A program made the translations under genes and the position numbers. From Gemmatimonadota bacterium (lineage in GTDB: Bacteria > Gemmatimonadota > Gemmatimonadetes > Gemmatimonadales > GWC2-71-9): a stretch of DNA of 64,000 nucleotides. The notes below the pieces were generated by a model. The model saw only the letters and a program-made list of their open reading frames with translations, was not told where the DNA came from and ran no database searches. Position 1 is the stretch's first letter. The number at the start of each line of letters is the position of its first letter. Shown here one piece after another: positions 49,759 to 59,369 of the stretch. The stretch lies in contig JBDHAB010000001.1 of assembly GCA_039588295.1 (NCBI GenBank), positions 352,001-416,000 of the forward strand, given 5' to 3'.

Positions 49759-49950
49759 CTATCGTTTGACGAATCGTTGAGTGTACTTCGTCCAATTCCC
49801 AAACCGCTCACTGCGGTCGAATCCCGTTGAGTCTGCAAGCTTGCACAGGGTCCGGTGCCGCACATAGGCAGGGTCGGGCATTCCCTCCGTCACCGCTAGG
49901 ATCCCGCTAGGCCGCAGGGTCCGCCGACAGTCGCCAATCGTCTTGTGCAC
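49759..49950 (-). pseudogene. 3' remnant of a class I methyltransferase
   Basis: CRRTLRPSGILAVTEGMPDPAY...GF...FGNW..YT..F; no N-terminal SAM-binding motif. Confidence 0.55.
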
Positions 49951-49964
49951 AGTCGAAACCTTTA

Positions 49965-50249
49965 CTACGGGTTCGGCAACCGGCGGCCCTTCCAGTTCCA
50001 CCACTTGAGCAACGATGGCTCGTGGTTCGCAGTGCTCGCGAAGTACACCGCCGTCCGGAAGACGTAGAGCACGCACGGATCCACCCGGGTTCCGCGGAGT
50101 GCGCACACCTGTTTGTACAGTGCCTCCGGGTCTTGGCCCTCGAGGTCCTCGACCCGCGCGAATCCCAGATCCCGAAGATCGCGTGCGATGCTCGGTCCGA
50201 CACCGGGAATCGTCTGCAGGTCACTCTCGGTGCTCAGTGGGCCGCTCAC
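49965..50249 (-). CDS. Helix-hairpin-helix protein (Cdd1/pathogenicity-locus family)
   Basis: LQTIPGVGPSIARDL, DPCVLYVFR, KWWNWK; GTGA overlap with the upstream gene. Confidence 0.85.
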   Translation of the reverse strand: MSGPLSTESDLQTIPGVGPSIARDLRDLGFARVEDLEGQDPEALYKQVCALRGTRVDPCVLYVFRTAVYFASTANHEPSLLKWWNWKGRRLPNP

Positions 50250-50701
50250 GCGTCCGCCTTCGGCTTGCTGCTGAGCATGCCTGCACCGATGAGCACGCCT
50301 ACCGCCCCCAACACCGGATTGAGGAGTGCGATCCAGGTCGGCTGTCGGGCGTTCTGCATAGCTTCGGTCATGCTGACCTCGACGGGACGCGGTTCGGGCG
50401 TTTCGTCGGATTGGGTCAACACCGGGATGGCCATGACCAGCCCCAGAATCACGACTACTGCAGCGAGTATCTGTGGACCGCTCGCCTTCTTGGCCAGCGC
50501 CGCGCAGGCCATCCCGCCAAGCACGGCACTCAAGATGGTCAGGACGATACTGAAGACGAGCCAAGTACCAGAGATTTCCCACGAACCGGGCTTGTAGGCC
50601 CCGTCCGTACCGAGAATCATCCACAAGATCGTGAACGTCACGAACACGAACGCCGCCATCACGAGGTACCCGATGACAACACTGCCGATCAATCGTCCCA
50701 T
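50246..50701 (-). CDS. Four-TM hypothetical membrane protein
   Basis: GGAG RBS; four hydrophobic segments. Confidence 0.7.
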   Translation of the reverse strand: MGRLIGSVVIGYLVMAAFVFVTFTILWMILGTDGAYKPGSWEISGTWLVFSIVLTILSAVLGGMACAALAKKASGPQILAAVVVILGLVMAIPVLTQSDETPEPRPVEVSMTEAMQNARQPTWIALLNPVLGAVGVLIGAGMLSSKPKADA

Positions 50702-50769
50702 GCCTGCTCTCCTGTCTTCGAACGTTGCGTGATAGAGCCGTGGATGGCCGGACTCAGTAGTGTCGGGAT

Positions 50770-50847
50770 TCAGCTGGCGTACTCGTCGGCGCCAAGAACG
50801 TGCAGCGAGACGTAGGGCTCATCCCCAACGACCCAGCTATCGTGGCC
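50770..50847 (-). pseudogene. 3' remnant of a cupin-domain gene
   Basis: GHDSWVVGDEPYVSLHVLGADEYA*, a typical cupin C-terminus with no upstream cupin half. Confidence 0.55.
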
Positions 50848-50914
50848 TTGATGATCGCATGCACGGTGTTGCTCCGCTGTAGCGAGTCGAATTGGGTTCG
50901 GGAGTCTGGTGAAC

Positions 50915-51133
50915 TCAGGCTTGAGCAGGTGTACCTCGAACCTCGAGCGTCTCGAACAATCGCCGTGAAGCCATCGCAATCTCCTCTACAGCGTGCTGGA
51001 ATGCGGCTTCGTTGGCCCGCGAAGGGACTCGAAACCCGCTGATCTTGCGGACGAACTGCAGCGCTGCGTCGTGGAGTTCCTGGTCTGCCGGATGGCCGTC
51101 TGGTCGACGGAGCTTCTTGATGTTGCGACACAT
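50915..51133 (-). CDS. DUF2277 family protein
   Basis: MCRNIK..., AALQFVRKISGF..PS.ANEAAF. Confidence 0.85.
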   Translation of the reverse strand: MCRNIKKLRRPDGHPADQELHDAALQFVRKISGFRVPSRANEAAFQHAVEEIAMASRRLFETLEVRGTPAQA

Positions 51134-51342
51134 AGGAGGTTGGCTCGGGAATGATGGTGATTGGCTCGGGTCCTAGAACATGCGGCAATGGACCCGCTAC
51201 CGCCACGTCTCGTCGATGATGGTGTCGGCTCGGATCAGGCGGAGTTCGCGCGGTCCTCCGCAGGCAGCTCTGGCTGTCCGCTATGCCAGGGTTGTGATTC
51301 CCGCGACAACCGGCGTGACGGAGTGCCTACGCAGCAGGAGAC

Positions 51343-51735
51343 TCATTCCACTCCGTTCGCCACGGGTCGTTCCTGCCATCGGGCAAGATGCCCCCTCACA
51401 TAGAGGCCAAACGCCACGAGGGTTGCTACGGCGACGGATGTCGTGAAGACCACGCGGCTCTTGGGAGCTGCTCCCGCGACTCCCGGCAGCACGGTGGCAA
51501 TGACGGCCACAACCGCCCACAATGCGAACATGCGCATCGCCCACCGAGCCATGCGGAGGAGTCCGTAGCCTGTGACGGCAACGAGGACCGCGTGGGTCAG
51601 TCCGACACCGGCGAAGAGATACCAGGGCAAGCCGACACGGGCAAACATCGGCGACAGTCCCGCCATGGCAACGCCCCCCACCGCTGCCCCGAACAGGAGG
51701 AGTGCAATTGCCGTGATGCCGGGAGGGCGGGTCAA
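51343..51735 (-). CDS. Four-TM hypothetical membrane protein
   Basis: RPPGITAIA start and four hydrophobic segments. Confidence 0.6.
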   Translation of the reverse strand: MTRPPGITAIALLLFGAAVGGVAMAGLSPMFARVGLPWYLFAGVGLTHAVLVAVTGYGLLRMARWAMRMFALWAVVAVIATVLPGVAGAAPKSRVVFTTSVAVATLVAFGLYVRGHLARWQERPVANGVE

Positions 51736-51759
51736 CCCTACTTCACCCCCGTACCTGTC

Positions 51760-52311
51760 TCAAGTGGGAGGCTTGAGTTTCGCATGGTACTTGGCTCGGA
51801 ACTTGGTGACTTTTGGATCGATGACAACTTGGCAGTACGGCTGCGCCTGGTTCCGCTGGTAATACTCGCGGTGATACGGCTCAGCGGGATAGAACGTCTC
51901 GAACGGTGAAATCTCGGTCACAATCGGGTCACCCCAAAGGCCGGCTGCGTCGAGTTCCCGAAGGACTTGCTCGGCCGTGGTCTGCTGCTCCGGCGTGTGG
52001 ACGAAGATGGCTGAGCGGTACTGCGTTCCCACGTCTCCGCCCTGGCGATTGGGCGTCGTGGGGTCGTGGATCGAGAAGAAGATCTCGAGCAACTCCCGGT
52101 AGGTGATGACGGTGGGGTCGAACTGCAGCTGCACGACTTCCGCGTGACCCGTGGTGCCGGAGCAGACCAGCTCATAGGACGGGCTGGAGATCTCCCCCCC
52201 CGAATAGCCGGACTCTACTCGATCAACACCCTGAAGCTGCTCGAAGATGGCTTCGAGGCACCAGAAGCAACCGCCTGCGAGGGTCGCGGTTTCCATCGAT
52301 TCAGCCGCCAT
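51760..52311 (-). CDS. msrA: Peptide-methionine (S)-S-oxide reductase
   Basis: GGCFWC, GYSGG, TGHAE, HDPTT.NRQG.DVGTQYRS, AEPYH. Confidence 0.95.
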   Translation of the reverse strand: MAAESMETATLAGGCFWCLEAIFEQLQGVDRVESGYSGGEISSPSYELVCSGTTGHAEVVQLQFDPTVITYRELLEIFFSIHDPTTPNRQGGDVGTQYRSAIFVHTPEQQTTAEQVLRELDAAGLWGDPIVTEISPFETFYPAEPYHREYYQRNQAQPYCQVVIDPKVTKFRAKYHAKLKPPT

Positions 52312-52371
52312 GCTCCACCCCGTCATCTGTGGGTGTTGTGATCCGTTGTTCCGCTACGGGGGCGCCTTCGC

Positions 52372-52980
52372 TCAGCGGACTCGGACGAACGTTACTGTGT
52401 TGTCGGCGGTGACTTCGCAGCGGTATACCACAACGTCGACCCCGGTCCAGAGACCCGATGCGAGAACGTCCCCCGCATCCTGCTCCTGCCGGAGTCGAAT
52501 CTCGTGCGCTGAGGCCCTCGGTAGCTTCCGCCGGTAATCTCCGCAGACGGCTTCGTCGGGCCCACCCGCGGCTGGGCCGTGAAACACCAGAACCGTATGC
52601 TCGATACCGTGTGCCGCGATGAGGAAGCGACACTCAGTCCGCAGTTGATGAGAACGGGAGAACTCGATCCCCGTCGGTGCCAGACCGCCGGGCCCTCCGG
52701 GAATGTACAGGCGATCGTAATGGTCGATTCCCAGTTCGCGGTGAAGGAAATCGTCCAGATCCTTCTGGAAGCGGCCATCTGAACAGGCGATCACCAGCGT
52801 GTGGGGACGCTCATGATTCCAGCGTCGGACCTCGCCGTTCTCGTGGTCATCAACGGGTGGCTCGACCTGCTCCTCAGGAGGCCTTCCATGCACCTGTGAG
52901 TCTTCAGTGTGGATGCGATCGTCTTCCGACACCGAATGCTGGTGCTCGTGAATCCCCGACTCGATCGGATGACGAGACAT
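52372..52980 (-). CDS. Beta-carbonic-anhydrase-like hypothetical protein
   Basis: IACSDGR, PGG, H-x11-C. Confidence 0.6.
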   Translation of the reverse strand: MSRHPIESGIHEHQHSVSEDDRIHTEDSQVHGRPPEEQVEPPVDDHENGEVRRWNHERPHTLVIACSDGRFQKDLDDFLHRELGIDHYDRLYIPGGPGGLAPTGIEFSRSHQLRTECRFLIAAHGIEHTVLVFHGPAAGGPDEAVCGDYRRKLPRASAHEIRLRQEQDAGDVLASGLWTGVDVVVYRCEVTADNTVTFVRVR

Positions 52981-53000
52981 CAGTGCGGGGGACGCGAGGC

Positions 53001-53858
53001 CTACCGGTTCATCGCAAACGTGTCGCAATCGTTGGGGGTGCCTGACTGCAAGCCCCGCCTGAACCACGCGACACGCTGTTCCGATGAACCGTGCGTGAAC
53101 GTCTCCGGATTGACGTACCCCGATGACTGCCGCTGAATTCGGTCGTCTCCCACAGCCGCGGCCGCGCCCAGTCCCTCTTCGACGTCGCCGCCGTCGAGCA
53201 TATCCCGCTGGACGGTCGAGTGTGCCCAAATACCCGCATAACAGTCGGCCTGCAGCTCCATGCGCACCGACAGTTCGTTTCTGAGCTGTGGTTGCGCCCG
53301 TTGCGCGCGCCGCATTTCCGCTTCAGTACCGAGCAGGTTCTGTACATGGTGTCCGATCTCGTGTGCGAGCACGTACGCCTGCGCGAAGTCTCCCGGGGCA
53401 CCGAACCGGCTTCGGAGCTCGTCGTAGAAAGCGAGATCGATATAGACCTTCTGGTCGCCGGGGCAGTAGAACGGTCCAGTAACCGCCTGCGCGAATCCAC
53501 ACGCGGAGCGTACGGCATCTCGGAAGAGGACCAACTTGGCGTCGCGATACCCTGCACCGCTTCGGCTGAAGACACTGGCCCAGGTGGTTTGGGCGTCGTC
53601 GAGTACGAACGAGACGAATTCAACGAGTGGCTCTTGGTTCTCGATGAACTGTGGTGAGGCGGCCGAAACTCCCGATGTCGTTCCGGTGGCGCCGAGCAGG
53701 CTCAAGAAATCCTGTTTGAAGACGAAGCTGAGAACCAGAAGGACGAGAATGCCACCGAGGCCGAGTCGCGTCCCACCTCGCCCGAGACCCAACCGAGTGG
53801 ATCTCTGGCCTCGTCGGTCTTCTAGATTCGCGCTACGACCGCGACGCTTCCACCGCAT
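53001..53858 (-). CDS. Neutral zinc metallopeptidase (YpfJ-like)
   Basis: S.NLEDRR, GPFYCP.D, AHEIGHHVQ, ELQADC, THGS. Confidence 0.92.
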   Translation of the reverse strand: MRWKRRGRSANLEDRRGQRSTRLGLGRGGTRLGLGGILVLLVLSFVFKQDFLSLLGATGTTSGVSAASPQFIENQEPLVEFVSFVLDDAQTTWASVFSRSGAGYRDAKLVLFRDAVRSACGFAQAVTGPFYCPGDQKVYIDLAFYDELRSRFGAPGDFAQAYVLAHEIGHHVQNLLGTEAEMRRAQRAQPQLRNELSVRMELQADCYAGIWAHSTVQRDMLDGGDVEEGLGAAAAVGDDRIQRQSSGYVNPETFTHGSSEQRVAWFRRGLQSGTPNDCDTFAMNR

Positions 53859-53932
53859 CCACGTACTCCTTCGAATTCACCATCCTGAGCTTGCATTGAA
53901 CGAGTCTCGCTCTGTGATGGGCCTGGTGTCCG

Positions 53933-54718
53933 CTACCTGGACTTGCGGGTCGCAAACTTGAGCCCTGACCACGTGGCGTCGATTGCGCTGATCTTGTAGT
54001 CGACGAGTCCCGAGTCGAGTCCCACCCTGCGAACGTCCGCTTGTGAGAGATTCGACGCGACGCCAGAGGCCTTCTTCGGCCACACGATCCACAGTCCTCC
54101 GTTCTTGACGGCGCTGGCCATAGAGGAGATGCGACGTTCGAGATCTTTGCGTGACTTCACGAACCAGATGGTGAGGTCCCGTGTTCCACGGGCCTGTTTG
54201 CGTATCACCACACCTTCTGGCAACCGACCGAGGGTCTGCTCGAATCGCTCGGGAGCATTCACCAGAGCCACGGTCGCGTTGCGCCTGATCCCCAGTTTCG
54301 TGACCAGTGGTGTGCCAGAGTAGCCGGCGAGGCTCGAGTCTGGTACAACCGGATCCTTCGGCGGGTTCGCGATGGCCCGCTTGAGTGCACTCCGGATGCT
54401 GGACCAGCTCGTATACTCTGCATCGGGCAGCATACGCTTCATGCGCTCGACCTTGTCTGGCTCACCGGCGACGAATACGAGCGGAACGTGTCGTGTCGCC
54501 GTGGAATGTCGAATTCCCAGGCCGACATCCCGGCCCTGTGCCGGGAGCCGTGTGAGGTCGATGACAGCCGCAGCGGGTGGACGTGCCCGTAGCGCGCGCA
54601 GCGAGTCCGGCCCGAACGGCTCGGCGGATACGACATAGCCCGCGGCTCGCAGCTTCCGAGCGCGCTGCTTCGCCTCGGTGGCGTTCCAATGAACCAGACG
54701 AATCCGGCCGGTAGGCAT
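53933..54718 (-). CDS. Receiver-like domain fused to DUF3052-like domain
   Basis: N-terminal REC-like fold (AVIDL...VPLVFV); AGYSGTPL..KLGI, LWIVWPKK, GLVDYK, WSGLK. Confidence 0.7.
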   Translation of the reverse strand: MPTGRIRLVHWNATEAKQRARKLRAAGYVVSAEPFGPDSLRALRARPPAAAVIDLTRLPAQGRDVGLGIRHSTATRHVPLVFVAGEPDKVERMKRMLPDAEYTSWSSIRSALKRAIANPPKDPVVPDSSLAGYSGTPLVTKLGIRRNATVALVNAPERFEQTLGRLPEGVVIRKQARGTRDLTIWFVKSRKDLERRISSMASAVKNGGLWIVWPKKASGVASNLSQADVRRVGLDSGLVDYKISAIDATWSGLKFATRKSR

Positions 54719-54812
54719 GGTTGGACCTCGTTATTTCCAGGCTCGCCGTGGTGGAAGCTACGCCGGGGTCCGCCCATCTCGCCAGCCGACGCCACCGGTC
54801 CAGAGATCGCCG

Positions 54813-55301
54813 CTACTTCCTCTCCGTCACCTGCTGGAGCGCGGCTTTCTTGAGAAGGCTGATCTGTCCTGCATGATATAGCATGTGCTGTACGTAGCCG
54901 TGCAAGTTGTTGTACGCCGAGCTGCTGCCGTTGATGAGGGGGGCATCGAGCTTGGCTCGCGGGAGGCGCTCCACACCACACTGCAGATCTGCCTCGCCGG
55001 CGTTCAAGATATCCAGGGTCTCTTGCCAGTTCGCCTCCGTCGGGTCCGGAGCGGGGGGCCAATCTTCATCCGGCGCCAGCTCAATCGCCGAGGAGTCGCC
55101 ACGCATTCTCCGAAGCATGAGCTTCTGAGTTCCAGTGAGGTGCAGGACGATCTCCCAGATACTGTGGATCCCAGAAACGGGTCTCGCGGCCGCAATCGTG
55201 CTGCCGATTCCGTCCAGGAGCTCCAATAGTGCCGGCCCATGCCACGCTCCGCCTTCAAACGCCTGCTTCAGCTGCTCATGAATACGGTCGGTCTCCTTCA
55301 T
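54813..55301 (-). CDS. DinB family protein
   Basis: AWHGP, HSIWEIVLH, H..YHAGQI. Confidence 0.88.
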   Translation of the reverse strand: MKETDRIHEQLKQAFEGGAWHGPALLELLDGIGSTIAAARPVSGIHSIWEIVLHLTGTQKLMLRRMRGDSSAIELAPDEDWPPAPDPTEANWQETLDILNAGEADLQCGVERLPRAKLDAPLINGSSSAYNNLHGYVQHMLYHAGQISLLKKAALQQVTERK

Positions 55302-55378
55302 GGCCTACGCTCCCCGAGCAAAGCTGCGGGTGTTCCGAAGCAACGCTTGGATGGAAGATAGGTGGTTTTCCGGTGCGC

Positions 55379-55413
55379 AGACCGCTGGCGTGACAGTCTC
55401 ACGCCAGCGGTCT
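55379..55413 (-). terminator. 15-bp hairpin downstream of trpB2
   Basis: AGACCGCTGGCGTGA-cagtc-TCACGCCAGCGGTCT. Confidence 0.65.
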
Positions 55414-55427
55414 TGACCGGTTCCAAC

Positions 55428-56801
55428 TCAGACCGCGGTCACGACTTCAGGGAGCCGATTCATCGCGTCCGCGACTGCCGCCGCCGGGTACTCGTAGTCG
55501 ACGAGCTTCCCCCGGAGATACGCCTCATATGCGGTAAGATCGAAGTGGCCGTGCCCGCACAAGTTGAAGAGAATCACCCGTTTCTCCCCCTGCGTCTTGG
55601 CTTCGAGTGCTTCGTCGATGGCCACCCGAATCGCATGGGAGGGCTCAGGGGCCGGGATGATTCCCTCACATCGCGCGAACTGGACGGCGGCGGCAAAGGT
55701 TGGGAGTTGAGGTACCGCGAGCGCCTCGAGGTGACCGGCATCGTAGAGTGCGCTCAGACTCGGCGCCATTCCGTGATAACGGAGTCCGCCAGCGTGGATC
55801 GGCGCCGGGATGAAATCGTGACCCAACGTATGCATCTTCACGATGGGCGCCATCTGCGCGGTGTCCCCGTAATCGAACGCATACGTCCCCTTGGTGAGCG
55901 TCGGGGCTGCTGTAGGCTCGACCGCCACGATGCGCGTGCGCTGGCCGTCGCGCAGGTTGTGCCGCAGGAATGGGTACGCGAGGCCGGCGAAGTTGGAGCC
56001 GCCACCCACGCAGCCAATCACCACATCCGGGTATTCACCCGCCAAGTCCATCTGCTTCAACGCCTCCTCACCGATCACCGTCTGGTGCATCAGCACGTGG
56101 TTGAGAACGGAACCGAGGCTGTACTTCTTGGCACCGTTTGACGTTACCGCCACTTCAACGGCTTCGGAAATTGCGATCCCGAGAGACCCGGGGCTTTCCG
56201 GATCGTCCGCGAGCACGGACCGGCCGAACTCGGTCCGATTGGTGGGACTGGCGAACACCTCGGCACCGTAGCTCTCCATCATCACACGGCGATAGGGCTT
56301 CTGCTGGTAGGAGACGTTGACCATGTAGACCTCGAGTGCGAGGTCGAACGCGTTGCAGGCCATGGCCAGAGCCGAACCCCACTGACCGGCTCCAGTCTCC
56401 GTTGTGAGGGCGTTGGTTCCGCCAGCCTTATTGTAGTACGCCTGCGCTACCGCTGTATTGGGTTTGTGGCTGCCTGTCGGAGACACTCCCTCGTACTTGT
56501 AGTAGATATGTGCGGGTGTATCCAACGCGCGTTCAAGCCGACGCGCCCGATGCAACGGCGTTGGTCGCCAGAGCTTGTAGACCTCCCGCACGTCTTCCGG
56601 AATCTCGATGTAGCGCTCAGCGCTGATCTCCTGTTGTATCAACTCCATAGGGAAAAGCGCCGAGAGGAAATCCGGGGTCACCGGCTCTTTTGAGCCGGGA
56701 TGGAGGACGGGTGACGCCTCGACCGGCATGTCGGCGGCGATGTTGTACCACGTCCTTGGCAGATCGGACTCGGTGAGGAGCAAACGCGTTGTGTCAGACA
56801 T
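55428..56801 (-). CDS. trpB2: Tryptophan synthase beta chain, TrpB2 type
   Basis: [50 protein letters not shown]. Confidence 0.93.
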   Translation of the reverse strand: MSDTTRLLLTESDLPRTWYNIAADMPVEASPVLHPGSKEPVTPDFLSALFPMELIQQEISAERYIEIPEDVREVYKLWRPTPLHRARRLERALDTPAHIYYKYEGVSPTGSHKPNTAVAQAYYNKAGGTNALTTETGAGQWGSALAMACNAFDLALEVYMVNVSYQQKPYRRVMMESYGAEVFASPTNRTEFGRSVLADDPESPGSLGIAISEAVEVAVTSNGAKKYSLGSVLNHVLMHQTVIGEEALKQMDLAGEYPDVVIGCVGGGSNFAGLAYPFLRHNLRDGQRTRIVAVEPTAAPTLTKGTYAFDYGDTAQMAPIVKMHTLGHDFIPAPIHAGGLRYHGMAPSLSALYDAGHLEALAVPQLPTFAAAVQFARCEGIIPAPEPSHAIRVAIDEALEAKTQGEKRVILFNLCGHGHFDLTAYEAYLRGKLVDYEYPAAAVADAMNRLPEVVTAV

Positions 56802-56856
56802 GCCACCTCCTGGAACGTTGGTCTTTCGCTTTGAGTGCACCTCGCGCCAATACGAA

Positions 56857-56902
56857 CGGCGACGGGCGCGTACCTCTGAGGAGAGGTACGCGCCCGTCGC
56901 CG
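56857..56902 (-). terminator. Attenuator hairpin (21-bp perfect stem)
   Basis: CGGCGACGGGCGCGTACCTCT-4 nt-AGAGGTACGCGCCCGTCGCCG, followed on the - strand by TTCGTATT. Confidence 0.7.
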
Positions 56903-56925
56903 AGGGGGGCTCGGGGTGCGGTGTC

Positions 56926-57033
56926 TTACTCGATCACACCCGGGCCTACGCGCACCACTCCTGAAGGCGGACGCCACCACCAGGCCCACCAGTGGCCAGT
57001 GCCGAGTGTCTGCGAGGATGCGGTGCGCAGCAT
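56926..57033 (-). CDS. trpL: Trp-rich leader peptide (35 aa; not in ORF track)
   Basis: [35 protein letters not shown]; five TGG within six codons, directly upstream of trpB2. Confidence 0.85.
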   Translation of the reverse strand: MLRTASSQTLGTGHWWAWWWRPPSGVVRVGPGVIE

Positions 57034-57040
57034 GATCGTG

Positions 57041-57069
57041 AGGTTATCACCGGGGTTGGGAAGCGTCAA
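57041..57069 (-). promoter_or_regulatory. Sigma70 promoter TTGACG-17-TAACCT (TGn extended)
   Basis: -35 at 57069-57064, -10 at 57046-57041; leader ATG follows after 7 nt. Confidence 0.7.
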
Positions 57070-57093
57070 GGGAGCGGCGAGGCTTCCCATGCC

Positions 57094-57747
57094 TCAGCGC
57101 CCAGTTGCGCTCTTCGACTTGGCGATGTCGTAGCGCATGTATGGACGCGTGGGGGACGGACGCTTGCATTCAACGAATCCGGCCTGGCGGAACGCGGCGG
57201 CGAGGCCGGTCCAGGCGAACGCCGCCGGAACGGAGCCGGCCTTGGGGTCGATTGGGTACCCCTCCAGGATGGTGCCACCCCTGCGCGCCACATGCTCGAT
57301 CGCTGCTCGAAGGAGCTTCACTGTCACCCCTTGCTGGCGGTACTCCTTCGCGATGAAGAAGCACGTCACCGACCAGACCGGCGCGTCGTCGAGTCGCTGA
57401 AACAGTCGGGAGCGCTCCAACCCAGGGTATGCATCTCTTGGAGCGACTGCGCACCAACCGATCGGCGCCCTTCCTGCGTATGCGAGGATCCCAGGAACTT
57501 GACGTGATGCCACAATTGCCTGCATGGCGCTCCTGGTGCCGCTACCCTTCTTTCGCTCAAACTCGGTGCGTGTCATGCGATGCCACATGCACCAGCATCC
57601 GCCACAGGCGCCGCGTGGACCGAAGAGTTGCTCGAAATCCTTCCACCGAGCCGGCGTGAGCGGTTGAAACCGGAGCGGCTCGGTGTGGGCATCACCTTGC
57701 TCCAACGAGGTGCGTCGCTGCAGCGCAGTCTTCTTCAACATTCCCAT
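57094..57747 (-). CDS. GNAT family acetyltransferase
   Basis: GACGGCWCM, GWCAVAPR, CFFI...RQQG, EGYP; start uncertain. Confidence 0.85.
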   Translation of the reverse strand: MGMLKKTALQRRTSLEQGDAHTEPLRFQPLTPARWKDFEQLFGPRGACGGCWCMWHRMTRTEFERKKGSGTRSAMQAIVASRQVPGILAYAGRAPIGWCAVAPRDAYPGLERSRLFQRLDDAPVWSVTCFFIAKEYRQQGVTVKLLRAAIEHVARRGGTILEGYPIDPKAGSVPAAFAWTGLAAAFRQAGFVECKRPSPTRPYMRYDIAKSKSATGR

Positions 57748-57771
57748 CGTGACCAAGGCTTCCGCTACGGG

Positions 57772-59343
57772 TCAGCGACCTCCGTTGCGGACCGGTCGCA
57801 ACATCAGATCGTGGAAATCGAAGCTGAAGTCGGTTGCGGGAGACACCGCTCGCATTTTCGCGTGGTCGATGCGTCCGTCGGGATCTAATGCGAACGTGAC
57901 GTACGCGTCTGCGCGGAGCTCACGATCGCGCCATCGGACAACGAACGTGTCGTACTGCCAATGCTCCAGATCGCCAACGAGCAATGGTGTATGCGAGAAG
58001 CGCAACGCCAACCTCCCGTCATCATGGGTGATCGTGATGTCCCCATACCAGCGGTCTCGATACGTGTTCGCATATTGCTCGAGCGGTAGGGCGGGGCGAG
58101 AGGCCACATTCCGTTGGTCGACGACGCTTCGCTCACGGCTGCGGATCATGGAGTCCCTTCGTGCCATGACCCGCCGATAAGCGGCGAGCCAATCGAATTT
58201 GCCGGCATCAAGGTAATGGTCGATAACCCGCCACGTGATGGCGTAGAACGCAGCGCCCGATTCCTGGTTGGTGAGCACGGCGACACCGAGCCTTTTCGCG
58301 GGAACCATGGCGACCCGTGAGACGTAGCCAGGAAGGCCTCCGGTGTGGGTTACGAGCTTGTTGCCCCGAAAGTCCGTGACGCGAAATCCCAGTGCGTAGC
58401 TCGAGAAGTTCGCCCGCAGCGGCGCCAGATCGACGGGAGGTGTGCCGAGCGGGATCGGGGTGACCGGCGCCCACAGGTGGCGAGTGGTGCGGGGCGAGAA
58501 GAGCCGCGTGCCGTTTGCGAGCCGCCCGGAATCCAGCTGCACGATCATCCACTTCGCCATGTCCTCGGCGTTGGAGTTGATTCCGCCGGCCGGATTGGTG
58601 TTGTCGCTGAGAAACGGAGCGATCGGTCGCACCTCGCCTTCGATCCGTGCATGCGTCGTCGCCACGTTGGCGCCGCTGCTGGCAGCCGAATGGAGGACGT
58701 TGCTGCCTGCCATACCGACTGGCGTGAGTATGTTGGAGACCACAAAGTCTTCCCACCTCTGGCCGGACACGGCTTCGATCACCTCACCGGCAATGAGGTA
58801 GAGCACGTTGTCGTAGGCGTAGGCGCTTCGAAAGCTGGTCGCCAGGGGTAAGTGGCGGATGCGACGCGCGATCTCCTTGCGGTCGTAGGTCGATGGCGGC
58901 CACCAGAGCAGGTCTCCGGCGCCAAGCCCGAGGCCGCTGCGATGCACGAGGAGATCACGGACGGTGAGTTCGCGGGTGACGTAAGGATTGGACAACTGAA
59001 ACCATGGGAGGTACTGCACGACCGGTGCATCCCACTCGATCTTGCCCTCTTCGACGAGCATCCCAAGCGCCGTCGCGGTGAAGGCCTTGGTGTTCGAGGC
59101 GATTCCGAACAGGGTCTGCGCATCGACCGGATGTTGCTCACCGAGCGTCTTGACCCCGTACCCCCTTGCGAGCACGACCCGCCCGTCCTTGACGATGGCG
59201 AGCGACACGCCCGGCACCTCGAATGCCCGCATGACTCGTGTCACGTAGTCGTCGAGATCTGCGGGGGGTGTATCCGGTCGTTGCTGCGACTGCAGCGGAG
59301 ACACCGCTACGACCAGCAAGACCGCAAGCTGTCTGAATCGCAT
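57772..59343 (-). CDS. Secreted serine hydrolase (beta-lactamase/AmpC-like) with DUF3471-like C-terminal domain
   Basis: SNTK (SxxK), YDN (YxN), HTGG; AGGAG RBS and signal peptide. Confidence 0.9.
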   Translation of the reverse strand: MRFRQLAVLLVVAVSPLQSQQRPDTPPADLDDYVTRVMRAFEVPGVSLAIVKDGRVVLARGYGVKTLGEQHPVDAQTLFGIASNTKAFTATALGMLVEEGKIEWDAPVVQYLPWFQLSNPYVTRELTVRDLLVHRSGLGLGAGDLLWWPPSTYDRKEIARRIRHLPLATSFRSAYAYDNVLYLIAGEVIEAVSGQRWEDFVVSNILTPVGMAGSNVLHSAASSGANVATTHARIEGEVRPIAPFLSDNTNPAGGINSNAEDMAKWMIVQLDSGRLANGTRLFSPRTTRHLWAPVTPIPLGTPPVDLAPLRANFSSYALGFRVTDFRGNKLVTHTGGLPGYVSRVAMVPAKRLGVAVLTNQESGAAFYAITWRVIDHYLDAGKFDWLAAYRRVMARRDSMIRSRERSVVDQRNVASRPALPLEQYANTYRDRWYGDITITHDDGRLALRFSHTPLLVGDLEHWQYDTFVVRWRDRELRADAYVTFALDPDGRIDHAKMRAVSPATDFSFDFHDLMLRPVRNGGR

Positions 59344-59369
59344 GGCTACTCCTGGAGGCATCGATAGTC

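Noticed and set aside
51180..51346. Possible decayed amidohydrolase 5' end (LIRADTIID) on the - strand
   Set aside because: Similarity is too short and interrupted by stops to support a call.
57772..59343. Beta-lactam resistance gene
   Set aside because: SxxK/YxN/HTG hydrolases with a DUF3471-like tail are a broad peptidase/esterase family; no evidence of beta-lactamase specificity.
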